The translations under genes were made by a program, and so were the position numbers. From positions 1 through 54,465 of the forward strand of contig JASHQC010000066.1 of the NCBI GenBank assembly GCA_030037735.1: 54,465 bases of DNA, read 5' to 3'. Source of the DNA: Thermoplasmata archaeon (GTDB lineage: Archaea; Thermoplasmatota; Thermoplasmata; Lutacidiplasmatales; UBA184). Shown in pieces: positions 35,750 to 44,244 of the stretch. Below the pieces are notes generated by a model that searched no databases, had not been told where the DNA came from, and saw only the letters and a program-made list of their open reading frames with translations. How positions within the stretch are numbered: the stretch's first letter is position 1; every line of letters starts with the position of its first letter.

Positions 35750-36532
35750 CTACGCGCTCTCCAAGCGGCCACCCTTCAGGAAGGGAGCCATGAGCAGGCC
35801 GATCGGCGTGAGGTCGATGACGTACTGGGCGCGAGAATGGACCGTCCCGCGCATCTTGATGATTTGCAGGACCCGCAGCATGTCGCCGCGGCGCCGAACA
35901 TTCGAGAGCAGTACGACGCCGTCGACGATTGCCTCCTCCACCCCGTAAAGGGAGTGCACACCGGGCACGGCGCCCACTTCCGCCACCATGAGCGATGTCG
36001 TTCCCAGTTCGGAGAAGGCCTGCCCCAGTTTCAGAATGAAGTCCCTGGCCTTTTCCTCGCTGCGGACCCGAAAGCCGACCGAGGTCAGGGAGTCCACCAC
36101 GACCCGGCGAGCGCCGCTCTCCCGGACCAAGTCCTGGATCGTCCGGACGAGAATGTCCACCTCCCCAGGCATGAGCTCCTCGCGATTGAGCCCGAGACGG
36201 TCGTACACGATCGGGAGATCGACGATCGTGACCTGGTTCTGCTGGACCAGCTCCGGGCGGAAGAATTCGAAAGTGCTGAAGTTTTGCATCAGCTTGGCCG
36301 AGGCCTCGGTGACGGAGACGAAGAGTCCCTTCTCTCCCTTCTCCGCTCCCCGGACGAGGAACTCGAGACAGAGGGTCGTTTTGCCCGTGCCGACTCCGCC
36401 GGCGATGAGCACCATGTTGCCCCGGGGAATTCCGCCCCCCAGGATGTTATCGAGTCCCTCGATCCCGGTGACGCACCGATCCGCGGGACCCTCCGTGGTG
36501 GCCGGAGCTGTCCCGGTGCGAGTTCCGCTCAC
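35750..36532 (-). CDS. KaiC-like (RadA/RecA superfamily) ATPase, single domain, canonical motifs
   Basis: TGIEGLDNILGGGIPRGNMVLIAGGVGTGKTTL, VVVDSL, and IKMRGTVHS. The start is trimmed to the GTG at 36532, about 25 nt from an AT-rich box. Confidence 0.8.
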   Translation of the reverse strand: MSGTRTGTAPATTEGPADRCVTGIEGLDNILGGGIPRGNMVLIAGGVGTGKTTLCLEFLVRGAEKGEKGLFVSVTEASAKLMQNFSTFEFFRPELVQQNQVTIVDLPIVYDRLGLNREELMPGEVDILVRTIQDLVRESGARRVVVDSLTSVGFRVRSEEKARDFILKLGQAFSELGTTSLMVAEVGAVPGVHSLYGVEEAIVDGVVLLSNVRRRGDMLRVLQIIKMRGTVHSRAQYVIDLTPIGLLMAPFLKGGRLESA

Positions 36533-36550
36533 GATGCGGCGAGCCGGGGC

Positions 36551-36562
36551 TATGCTAAAATG
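36551..36562 (-). promoter_or_regulatory. Putative TATA box for the KaiC-like operon
   Basis: The minus strand reads CATTTTAGCATA, centred about 25 nt upstream of the GTG at 36532. Confidence 0.4.
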
Positions 36563-36613
36563 CTTGTCTTCGCCGTCCCCGCCGTCCGGGCCGGGGACGA
36601 AGGGGCAGCCGGA

Positions 36614-37156
36614 ATGACGGTCTACATCGGGCTCCTGCGCGCCGTCAACCTCGGGGGTTCGACGCGGCTCAATATGTCCGCGCTTCAGAAACTGCTGGGT
36701 CGGATGGGATTCGAGGACATCCAGCCCGTCCTGCAATCCGGCAATATCGTTTTTCGGGCCGACCCAACCGATACGGCTCGGATGGAACAGATGCTCGAGC
36801 GCGTGGTTTCCGACCACCTCGGGCTCTCGACCAATTTCTTTGTCCGCACCGCCGCCGAATGGCGCAGCATCCTCCGTCGGAATCCCTTTCCTCAGGAGGC
36901 GGAGAGAGACCCGGCTCACCTGGTGGTCGCATCGTTGAAGCGAGCTCCGTCGGCGGAAGAGTGGGGGGCGTTACGGAGGTCCATCTCCGGGCGGGAGAAG
37001 GTCGACGGTTCGGGCCGGGAGGCGTACATCGTCTACCCGGACGGGATCGGTTCTTCGAAGCTGACGGCGGCTCTCATCGAGCGGAAGCTAGGGACTCGTG
37101 GGACGAGCCGGAACTGGAACACGGTCCAGAAACTGGATCAGCTGGCCTCGGCCTGA
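36614..37156 (+). CDS. DUF1697-family protein
   Basis: MTVYIGLLRAVNLGG....M..L......GF..IQPVLQSGNIVF is the typical DUF1697 N-terminus. The start is trimmed to the ATG at 36614. Confidence 0.8.
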   Translation: MTVYIGLLRAVNLGGSTRLNMSALQKLLGRMGFEDIQPVLQSGNIVFRADPTDTARMEQMLERVVSDHLGLSTNFFVRTAAEWRSILRRNPFPQEAERDPAHLVVASLKRAPSAEEWGALRRSISGREKVDGSGREAYIVYPDGIGSSKLTAALIERKLGTRGTSRNWNTVQKLDQLASA

Positions 37157-39642
37157 CTCGAATTGCCTTTCCCGGCCTCTCCCTCCACCTCACTAGATCC
37201 GTTCGAACTCGGGCCGGGCGCTGACCGTAAGATGATGGTGAGTCGCTCTCGCGACAGCACCCAGAAACTCCCCGCGTCATCCTTTCCCGTCCGAACGAGC
37301 GCTCCGTTCAACGACAGGAGGCGACCCCCGCTCCTCACCCATCGGTCCGCAAGCGCCGGAGTGTCCGGCCATCTCGAACGGAACTCGGAGAGATGGACCG
37401 TAAATTCGGGTCGAGTGTCCGCCCGGCTCAAGAGATCCCGCAAAGCGTCGAAGAATGGAGCGGGCGCGGTCGAGCGAACCGGGCGCGTTAGCGCGTCTCC
37501 TGTAGCGGGCGACCCCACCAAGGGGTTCCCCTCCTCACGAGACGGCTCGACCGGTTCATTCACCGGAAGGATTGCCCGAAACCGGTTGGGGTCCCCTGTC
37601 CCTTTCCGGGGCGGAAATACGTGCACCCAGTGTGTCCGCGAACCCTTGTCCACCAACAGCGCGGCCTCCCCCCGTGGCATGCTGAGGATGCGCTCCGGAG
37701 CGAGGCTCGGCACCCACCGGGCAACATCCCGAGCGTCGGAGGGATCTCCTCGGAACAGCACCACGTCGGCCGAGTTCGTCGTGGCGGCGTCCCGAACGTC
37801 CTCAGGAAGAGAGCGGAGCGACTGGGTCACAGCCCAGACGTGAAGATTGAAACGGCGTCCGAGCCGCAGCATTTCGGCCACGCTGTCGTGCGCGTACCAC
37901 TGCGCCTCGTCGAGGATGAGGAACGTCTTCGAGGGCGGCTCCCGGCCGAGCACCGCGTTCCAGCTGAGCGCGAGGACGACCGCAAGGAGGTATCGCGCCA
38001 CCGACTCCCCGACCTGCGGGGCGTCGCCGGAAATCACCGTCATTCGGCCGGGCCTCATGGCCGCGTCGACCGACCAAGTGGGAGACGTCGCGTCGAGCAT
38101 TTCCCTCAGAATCTCGCTCCGCGTGATCTCCGAGAGAAGACGACGGGCGCCGTCACCGTCCTGCGGGGCGCGCTCAATTCGACGACGGAGGTCGCCGACC
38201 GCCTCCCGCGCGGTCTCCGGCACGACGCGTGACGAGAATCCCTCGGGCGTGAGGAGCTGCTCGGCCACGGCCAGCGACGCTCCGGGCCAATGGCTGGTGG
38301 CCCGGATGGCCTGGAACAGCATCTCTTCGAGACGGGGTCCCCAGTACACGGACTCGGCGTACCGGCCTGAGCGAACCCGGCGCAGAGCCGCGACGATGTC
38401 GCCCAGGAGTCGCTCGCGTCGCGCTGAGTTCTGACCGCCGCCCGAGGCGACTTCGGCGAGAAGGCTCAGGGTCAGGGCGGGGGTAGAGGGAGAGACCCAC
38501 GACACGTCCGGGGCACGAGAATCCGGGAGCCCGGCGAGAAACTCGCGGGCCGTGTCTCCGATGGGGTCGAAGAGCATGACCGATCCCCAGCGGGCGGCTT
38601 GCCAAGCGAGGCGAACAAGAAGGGAGCTCTTCCCCATCCCGGTCTCACCGAGGATGAGCAGGTGGCGACCCTGAACGGCATCGAACGGCAGGCCGATGCA
38701 CGACCCCCGGGGGTCACGCCCAACCCACAGTCGCGACTCCCCCGCGGAACGCAGGGGGGAAATGATTTCCGCCGTCGTGGAGGGCAGCGGAAACAACCCC
38801 ACAAGTTCGGCTTCGGTCACGGCCGCGTAGGGCTCGGTTCTGAACCGAGCGTACCGGATCGGCCGGCAGGCGAATCGGTTCCCTCCGTCCAGGTGGGACA
38901 TCACCTCGATCAGGTGAGCCACCCGTCTGGCGGCCTCCCGGTTCTCGAGATTGCCATCCGAGAGAATTCTTCCCTGAACCCGCCAGCGCAGCCCTATCCG
39001 CCGGGCTTCCTGGCGGTCGTTCAAGTCCCGCTCGGTGAACGTCAAATTTCGTGGCCCTTCCGGTTTGGGCTCGCTCGCGCTCCATTCCCCTTCTGAGCGA
39101 CCCGGAACCTCGGGGTCCGGACGGAAGATCCACTCCACCTCGACGCCGGATCGAATCGTGCTCAATTCGCGAAGTACCGCATCGCACCACGGCGCGTCTT
39201 CTTCGCCGGAGGGAAGAGGCAGTTTCCCTTCGTTGCCGAGGGAGACGGCGAACTCCGGTGTCCCCTCAACCTCGCGGCCGCGGCCCTCGGTCGCTTGCCA
39301 CTGGCCCGGCTCGTAGGCCGAGGAGAAGCCGAAATGAGCCCAACGAACCCCCACCGGCGGCGAAACACTGAGTTCTACTCCCCCAGGCAGGCCCGAGAAC
39401 CATTTCAAACGGAGCGGTAGGGCGAGTCCGTGGGCCGCTCGGAGTACCCGTCGCAGTCGGCCGACGAAGTCACGCGTCGCATCGCCCGAGACCGGGCCAG
39501 GTATCGGTCGGAACTGGAAACCGCGCCACTGGGTCTCGGCCACCGCCGGACGCACCCGAAACCCACTCATCCGACCGGAGGGGTTGCAGGTGATGGTGTC
39601 GATGAACGGTGAACGGAGCCCTCCCCGAGGCAGCTCCCTCAC
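37138..39642 (-). CDS. Large FtsK/HerA/TraD-superfamily P-loop NTPase with an uncharacterised N-terminal region
   Basis: Walker A LLILGETGMGKSSLL (around residue 345) and Walker B TFLILDEAQ. A coupling-protein-like block follows: RRFNLHVWAVTQSLRSLPEDVRDAATTNSADVVLFRG. I saw no TM helix. The start (GTG at 39642) is uncertain. Confidence 0.75.
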   Translation of the reverse strand: MRELPRGGLRSPFIDTITCNPSGRMSGFRVRPAVAETQWRGFQFRPIPGPVSGDATRDFVGRLRRVLRAAHGLALPLRLKWFSGLPGGVELSVSPPVGVRWAHFGFSSAYEPGQWQATEGRGREVEGTPEFAVSLGNEGKLPLPSGEEDAPWCDAVLRELSTIRSGVEVEWIFRPDPEVPGRSEGEWSASEPKPEGPRNLTFTERDLNDRQEARRIGLRWRVQGRILSDGNLENREAARRVAHLIEVMSHLDGGNRFACRPIRYARFRTEPYAAVTEAELVGLFPLPSTTAEIISPLRSAGESRLWVGRDPRGSCIGLPFDAVQGRHLLILGETGMGKSSLLVRLAWQAARWGSVMLFDPIGDTAREFLAGLPDSRAPDVSWVSPSTPALTLSLLAEVASGGGQNSARRERLLGDIVAALRRVRSGRYAESVYWGPRLEEMLFQAIRATSHWPGASLAVAEQLLTPEGFSSRVVPETAREAVGDLRRRIERAPQDGDGARRLLSEITRSEILREMLDATSPTWSVDAAMRPGRMTVISGDAPQVGESVARYLLAVVLALSWNAVLGREPPSKTFLILDEAQWYAHDSVAEMLRLGRRFNLHVWAVTQSLRSLPEDVRDAATTNSADVVLFRGDPSDARDVARWVPSLAPERILSMPRGEAALLVDKGSRTHWVHVFPPRKGTGDPNRFRAILPVNEPVEPSREEGNPLVGSPATGDALTRPVRSTAPAPFFDALRDLLSRADTRPEFTVHLSEFRSRWPDTPALADRWVRSGGRLLSLNGALVRTGKDDAGSFWVLSRERLTIILRSAPGPSSNGSSEVEGEAGKGNSSQAEAS

Positions 39643-39701
39643 GGGCGGTCCGAGTTATCGTCAAGTAGCGCCCCCGGTCCTCGCTTCCCGGTCGGTCCGG
39701 A

Positions 39702-40820
39702 ATGCCGTCGATCGAAGAGCAGATCGTCGCCATCGAGGACGAGATCCGCCGCACTCCGTACAATAAGGCGACCTCGGGCCACATCGGCCGGCTCCGGGCT
39801 CGTATCGCCTTCCTCCGACTTGAACGGGAACGCCGAACTCGTGGCAAAGGGGGCGGGATCGGTTACGCCGTCCGAAAGTCCGGCCATGCCACAGCTGCGC
39901 TCGTGGGCTACCCCTCGGTGGGAAAATCGACCCTGCTCAACCACCTGACGGGGGCGAACAGCCAGTCCGCGGCGTACGATTTCACAACGGTATCGATTAT
40001 TCCGGGAATGCTGAACGCCGCCGGTGCCTCGATCCAGATCCTGGACATGCCCGGTCTCGTGCCCGGGGCTTCTCGGGGGCGAGGGCGGGGCCGAGAGGTG
40101 CTCTCCGTCGTGCGATCCGCGGACCTGATCTTGTTCATGATCGACAAGGACCACCCGGACTTTCGGGGGCTGCGGGACGAACTGGAGGACGCGGGGGTTC
40201 GGGTCAACGCCCGTCGTCCTCGAATCGTCGTTACCCCAGGGACTCGGGGTGGGCTGACCGTCACGAGCACAGTCAAGCTCACCCATCTCGAGGCTGAATC
40301 GGCGACCGCGATTGCGCGTGAGTTCGGATTGCACAATGGGTCGATCGTCTTCCGAGAGGACGCCACCGCCGAGCAACTCATCGATGTCCTAGCCGGTAAC
40401 CGGGTGTACCTGCCCGCCATCCTTACCGTCAACAAGTCGGACCTGCTCGAGCTGGCCGACCGGGCCCGCTTCCGGGAGCAGGCGAAGCCGTTCGAACCGA
40501 TCTTCATCGCGGCCGAGACCGGGCAGAACCTCGATGAGCTGGTACTGGCCATCGTGCGCGCCCTCGCTTTCATCCGGGTGTACTTGCGGCCACCGGGAGG
40601 GGAGGCCGACCGAGTGGAGCCGCTCATCCTCCGGGGAGGCAGCCGGATCTCCGACCTCCTGGCTCGCTTGCCCGCGGACCTCGGCCGAAATTTCAAGTCC
40701 GCCCTCGTCTGGGGGCGCAGTGCCCGATTCCCAGGTCAGACCGTTGGCCGGGACCATCTTCTCGCCGACGAGGATGTCGTCACGGTGCTCATACAGCGCG
40801 GCCGGGTGGCCCCCGCCTGA
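39702..40820 (+). CDS. DRG-family OBG-type GTPase with a TGS domain
   Basis: IEDEI.RT.YNKAT..HIG.L.A.IA, LVGYPSVGKSTLLN, DMPGL, and a C-terminal TGS-like domain. Confidence 0.9.
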   Translation: MPSIEEQIVAIEDEIRRTPYNKATSGHIGRLRARIAFLRLERERRTRGKGGGIGYAVRKSGHATAALVGYPSVGKSTLLNHLTGANSQSAAYDFTTVSIIPGMLNAAGASIQILDMPGLVPGASRGRGRGREVLSVVRSADLILFMIDKDHPDFRGLRDELEDAGVRVNARRPRIVVTPGTRGGLTVTSTVKLTHLEAESATAIAREFGLHNGSIVFREDATAEQLIDVLAGNRVYLPAILTVNKSDLLELADRARFREQAKPFEPIFIAAETGQNLDELVLAIVRALAFIRVYLRPPGGEADRVEPLILRGGSRISDLLARLPADLGRNFKSALVWGRSARFPGQTVGRDHLLADEDVVTVLIQRGRVAPA

Positions 40821-41541
40821 GCGCCCGGTGCCGAACGCCGCCGGTGGAGGACGGCGACCGAGCCGCTAGAAATCGGTGCTGACGGTGGAATGGTTCAAGG
40901 GTGAGCGGCGCCGAGAGCGCTTGGAAGGGTCGCAGCTCGGCCAGGGCTTGTTCGACCGATGTCTCCGGCGACCGGCCTCTGCCCATGCTCGAGAGCTTGA
41001 GGGCCAACAGCACGGGCTGGCCATCGCGCAGAAAGAGCTCCGCATTTTCCCGCGCGATACTCGCTTGGTCCGGCTGGGCAATGTCCGAATAGAGCCCGTC
41101 GACAGGCGGCACCCATCCAGCGAAATCCTCCGGGTGGCCCGCGTCAGCGAGAATCGGGAACAGATTGGGATACCGTTCCGCGAGTCGGAGCAATCGGATG
41201 AACGGCCGCAGACTCATTTCCACGGCGTACACCGCTCCGTCGGGACCCACGAGGTCCGCGACGTGCGAGGCGGTTGTTCCGGTGGCCGCCCCGAGGTAAA
41301 GCCACCGCTCCCCAGCCTGAGGAAGAGGCCCGCGAAAGCCCCTCACCAGGGCGGCCGACAGTTTGCTTCGGTAAGGGTCCCACCGGCGCCACCAGCCGGA
41401 AGGTACCGGGACGAGGCGCTCCCCGTAGACGTCCGGCGGAGTACCGAGGGCTTCCGTGGCCGGAACGACTCGATCTCCTTCCCGAATCTCGTGTAGGCGT
41501 GGGGAGAGTCGTGTCCAGCCACCCCGGAGAGCGCCGGTCAT
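40789..41541 (-). CDS. flpA: Fibrillarin-like rRNA/tRNA 2'-O-methyltransferase
   Basis: WDPYRSKLSAA, LYLGAATGTTASHVADLVG, YAVE, and DIAQPDQA. The ATG overlaps the nop5 stop (ATGA). Confidence 0.9.
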   Translation of the reverse strand: MTGALRGGWTRLSPRLHEIREGDRVVPATEALGTPPDVYGERLVPVPSGWWRRWDPYRSKLSAALVRGFRGPLPQAGERWLYLGAATGTTASHVADLVGPDGAVYAVEMSLRPFIRLLRLAERYPNLFPILADAGHPEDFAGWVPPVDGLYSDIAQPDQASIARENAELFLRDGQPVLLALKLSSMGRGRSPETSVEQALAELRPFQALSAPLTLEPFHRQHRFLAARSPSSTGGVRHRALRRGPPGRAV

Positions 41542-42446
41542 GAGCCCCGCTGCTTGAGCTGGGCGATCCGTCGATCGCGTCGGCGAACGAGCTCGTTCGA
41601 GATTGAACGCCTGCCGGTTCCATCGGCTCGCGCCGCAATCGCGGCGAGGGCAGCGGCAGACCGGGCGAGCGCGCCCGTTCGGCTCGGAGGCACTTGCGAC
41701 ATCCCCTCGGCATGGTACAGTATCCCGAACCGAGGGGACCGACCCGGGCCAAACCGTCTTCGGGCACCAAGCAGCTGGATCCGGGCGGCATCCATCCGCG
41801 CCAGCGCTTGGAGGCCACCCGCGGCCGCGATGAGCTGGGCGGCCACTACCGGGCCGACGACGTTCGAGAGGTTCGGAGCGACGTCTCGGGCCTTCCCTTC
41901 CAGGGCCGTTGTCAAATCCCGGAGATGTCGCCCGAGCTGCTCCCGCGTCGCCGACGAGACCTGAGCGTACTGCGAGAGGGCGGGATCTCCTCCAGAGACC
42001 CAGCTGTCCGAGGCGTTCGTTTCCCGTTGAAGTACGCGCCGGACGCGTGCCTCCTCCCGGGCCAGGGCTACAAGGATGGCTTCTGGCGCACCCATCGCAC
42101 GCTCGAGGCGACGGCGAGCGAAGGCGAGGAGGAGCCGCCGTTCTTCGCGATCCGGCCGGAACGCCGCGGAGCGAATCGCTCGCCGTGCCGCCAAACTCGC
42201 CTCCTGCGACGGGAGACCGTTCCGCTCCAGCCAGTCCTTCAGTGGCCGATCGCTGGCTACGATGACGGAGTTCCCGGCGCGACGCCGCACCCACCCGAGC
42301 GCGTCCGGTGGAATCCCATCCAATCCATCGGCGAGGAGCTCCGCCACCCGGGCGGGGCGCTGGTCGATCAGGCGCTCGTCAGCGACAGACCCCGAAGCAT
42401 CGACCCACCGGAGCCATCGGCCGGAGCGGACGAGGGCCTCCGGCAC
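41538..42446 (-). CDS. nop5: C/D box RNP protein Nop5 (Nop56/58 family)
   Basis: The NOP-domain block NLSNVVGPVVAAQLIAAAGGLQALARM.A..IQLLGA and its position upstream of fibrillarin. It is relatively short at 302 aa. Confidence 0.85.
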   Translation of the reverse strand: MPEALVRSGRWLRWVDASGSVADERLIDQRPARVAELLADGLDGIPPDALGWVRRRAGNSVIVASDRPLKDWLERNGLPSQEASLAARRAIRSAAFRPDREERRLLLAFARRRLERAMGAPEAILVALAREEARVRRVLQRETNASDSWVSGGDPALSQYAQVSSATREQLGRHLRDLTTALEGKARDVAPNLSNVVGPVVAAQLIAAAGGLQALARMDAARIQLLGARRRFGPGRSPRFGILYHAEGMSQVPPSRTGALARSAAALAAIAARADGTGRRSISNELVRRRDRRIAQLKQRGS

Positions 42447-42449
42447 GCC

Positions 42450-43856
42450 CTAGAACTCCTCGAGCACCTTCTGGAACCGGCGTCGCTCCTCGGGGACCTC
42501 CACGGGATATCGGCCCGTGAGGCAGCCCAGGCAGAGGTTCTCCTCCGGCATACTGATCGCTTCGACCAGTCCCGGCATCGAGAGGTAGTGGACACTGTCC
42601 GCGCCGATCTGTTTCGCGACGCCCTCTTCGGTGCGCCCGGCCGCAACCAGCTCCCGACGGTCCTTCATGTCGATCCCGAAGTAGCAGGGGGCGGTAATCG
42701 GAGGGCATCCGATCCGAACGTCCACGCTCGACGCGCCCGCGTGGCGCACCATCGCGACGATCTCCTTGAGCGTGGTGCCGCGAACGATCGAGTCGTCCAA
42801 GAGCACGACGCGCTTGTTCTGGATGAGCCCCGGGACCGGGTGGAGCTTCACGCGCACCTCTTCCTCTCGGCGCTTCTGGTCCGGCAGGATGAACGTTCGT
42901 TCCACGAACCGGTTCTTGATCAGGGCCTCTGCATACGGGATACCCGCGACGGCCGAGAATCCTAGGGCTTGGGGACGAGACGAATCCGGCACCGGAACCA
43001 CGACGTCCGCCTTCGTCGGGCGCTCCCGGGCAAGGATCTCGCCGATCCGGCGCCGCACGTCGTAGACGAGTCGCCCCTCGACCAAGGAATCGGGCCGCGA
43101 AAAGTAGACCCATTCGAACATGCAATGGGCCCGCTCGTTGGCCCCTGCGTACCGCGAGCTACGCAGCGACGCGCCCTTCTCGATGAGCACGACCTCGCCC
43201 GGGGCCAAGTCCCGGACGAGCGATCCGCCCATCAGCTCGAGCGCGACGGATTCGCTGGCGACCGCATACCCGCCATCGAGAGTGCCGAGCACCAGGGGAC
43301 GAATGCCCATCGGGTCGCGGAAGGCCACGAGCTGGCCCCCGACCAGCATCACGACCGCGTAGCCGCCGACTAATTCGCTCATCGATTTCCGAATGGCGGT
43401 CTCGAGATCGCGGGTTTTGCCGTACTCGAGGGCGATCAACTGAGCCATCGCCTCGCTGTCGGCGCTCCCTAGGAACTCGACGCCTTGGGCGAGCAGCCGC
43501 CGGCGGAGGTTCTCGTAATTCACGATGTCGCCGTTGTGCGCCAGCGCGGCGTCCTCGTCGCGCAGGCGGAGGCTCAACGGCTGGGCGTTCTCAATATCGG
43601 ATGTGCCCGTGGTCGAGTACCGCACATGGCCGATCCCGACGGGGCCCCGGAGCGATTCGAGGAGTTCCCGGTTGAACACGTCGTGGACCAGACCCATCCC
43701 CTTCCGGTGGTGGAGGGTCCCGTGAGAGGCGGTCGCAATGCCGGCCGACTCCTGGCCGCGGTGCTGCAACGCGCGGAGCCCCCGGTAGAGGTAGGGCGCC
43801 GCTCCCTTGCCGGAGAGCGATACCCCGACCACTCCACAGTGTTCGTGCAACGCCAT
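42450..43856 (-). CDS. purF: Amidophosphoribosyltransferase (Fe-S type)
   Basis: A short propeptide is followed by CGVVG. It also has a PRT motif (VVLLDDSIVRGTT) and the Cys ligands PCYFGID and CLGCLTG. Confidence 0.93.
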   Translation of the reverse strand: MALHEHCGVVGVSLSGKGAAPYLYRGLRALQHRGQESAGIATASHGTLHHRKGMGLVHDVFNRELLESLRGPVGIGHVRYSTTGTSDIENAQPLSLRLRDEDAALAHNGDIVNYENLRRRLLAQGVEFLGSADSEAMAQLIALEYGKTRDLETAIRKSMSELVGGYAVVMLVGGQLVAFRDPMGIRPLVLGTLDGGYAVASESVALELMGGSLVRDLAPGEVVLIEKGASLRSSRYAGANERAHCMFEWVYFSRPDSLVEGRLVYDVRRRIGEILARERPTKADVVVPVPDSSRPQALGFSAVAGIPYAEALIKNRFVERTFILPDQKRREEEVRVKLHPVPGLIQNKRVVLLDDSIVRGTTLKEIVAMVRHAGASSVDVRIGCPPITAPCYFGIDMKDRRELVAAGRTEEGVAKQIGADSVHYLSMPGLVEAISMPEENLCLGCLTGRYPVEVPEERRRFQKVLEEF

Positions 43857-43943
43857 GGACGAGGAAACAGGTTCCTCCGCCGGAGAGGACCCGGCGGAGG
43901 GTCTTAAGGCGAACGGCGGGCCGAGGTAACCTGGGGGCTATCC

Positions 43944-44222
43944 TCAGCCGAAGAGGGCCGAGAGACCCTCGGCGGCCTCCTCCTCGGTGACGCCCTTCTC
44001 TTCCTTCTTCTCGGCGGGGGCGGCGGCCGGCGCGGCGACGGCGATCGTCTCTGCCTTCTTCAGGACGTCGGCGATGTCGACGCCCTCGAGCGAGGCCAGG
44101 AGCGCCTTGACGCGGGCAGCGTCGGGCGAGATCCCGGCGGCGCTCAGGACGCCGTCGATTCCCTTTTCGTCAATCGGCTTGCCGGCCGCGTTGAGCAGCA
44201 GGGCGCTGTACACGTACTCCAT
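43944..44222 (-). CDS. rpl12: Ribosomal stalk protein P1 (archaeal L12)
   Basis: [13 protein letters not shown], an Ala/Pro/Glu/Lys hinge, and the C-terminal GLSALFG. Confidence 0.9.
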   Translation of the reverse strand: MEYVYSALLLNAAGKPIDEKGIDGVLSAAGISPDAARVKALLASLEGVDIADVLKKAETIAVAAPAAAPAEKKEEKGVTEEEAAEGLSALFG

Positions 44223-44244
44223 CGTTCTTCCTCCCGTGGTTCCT

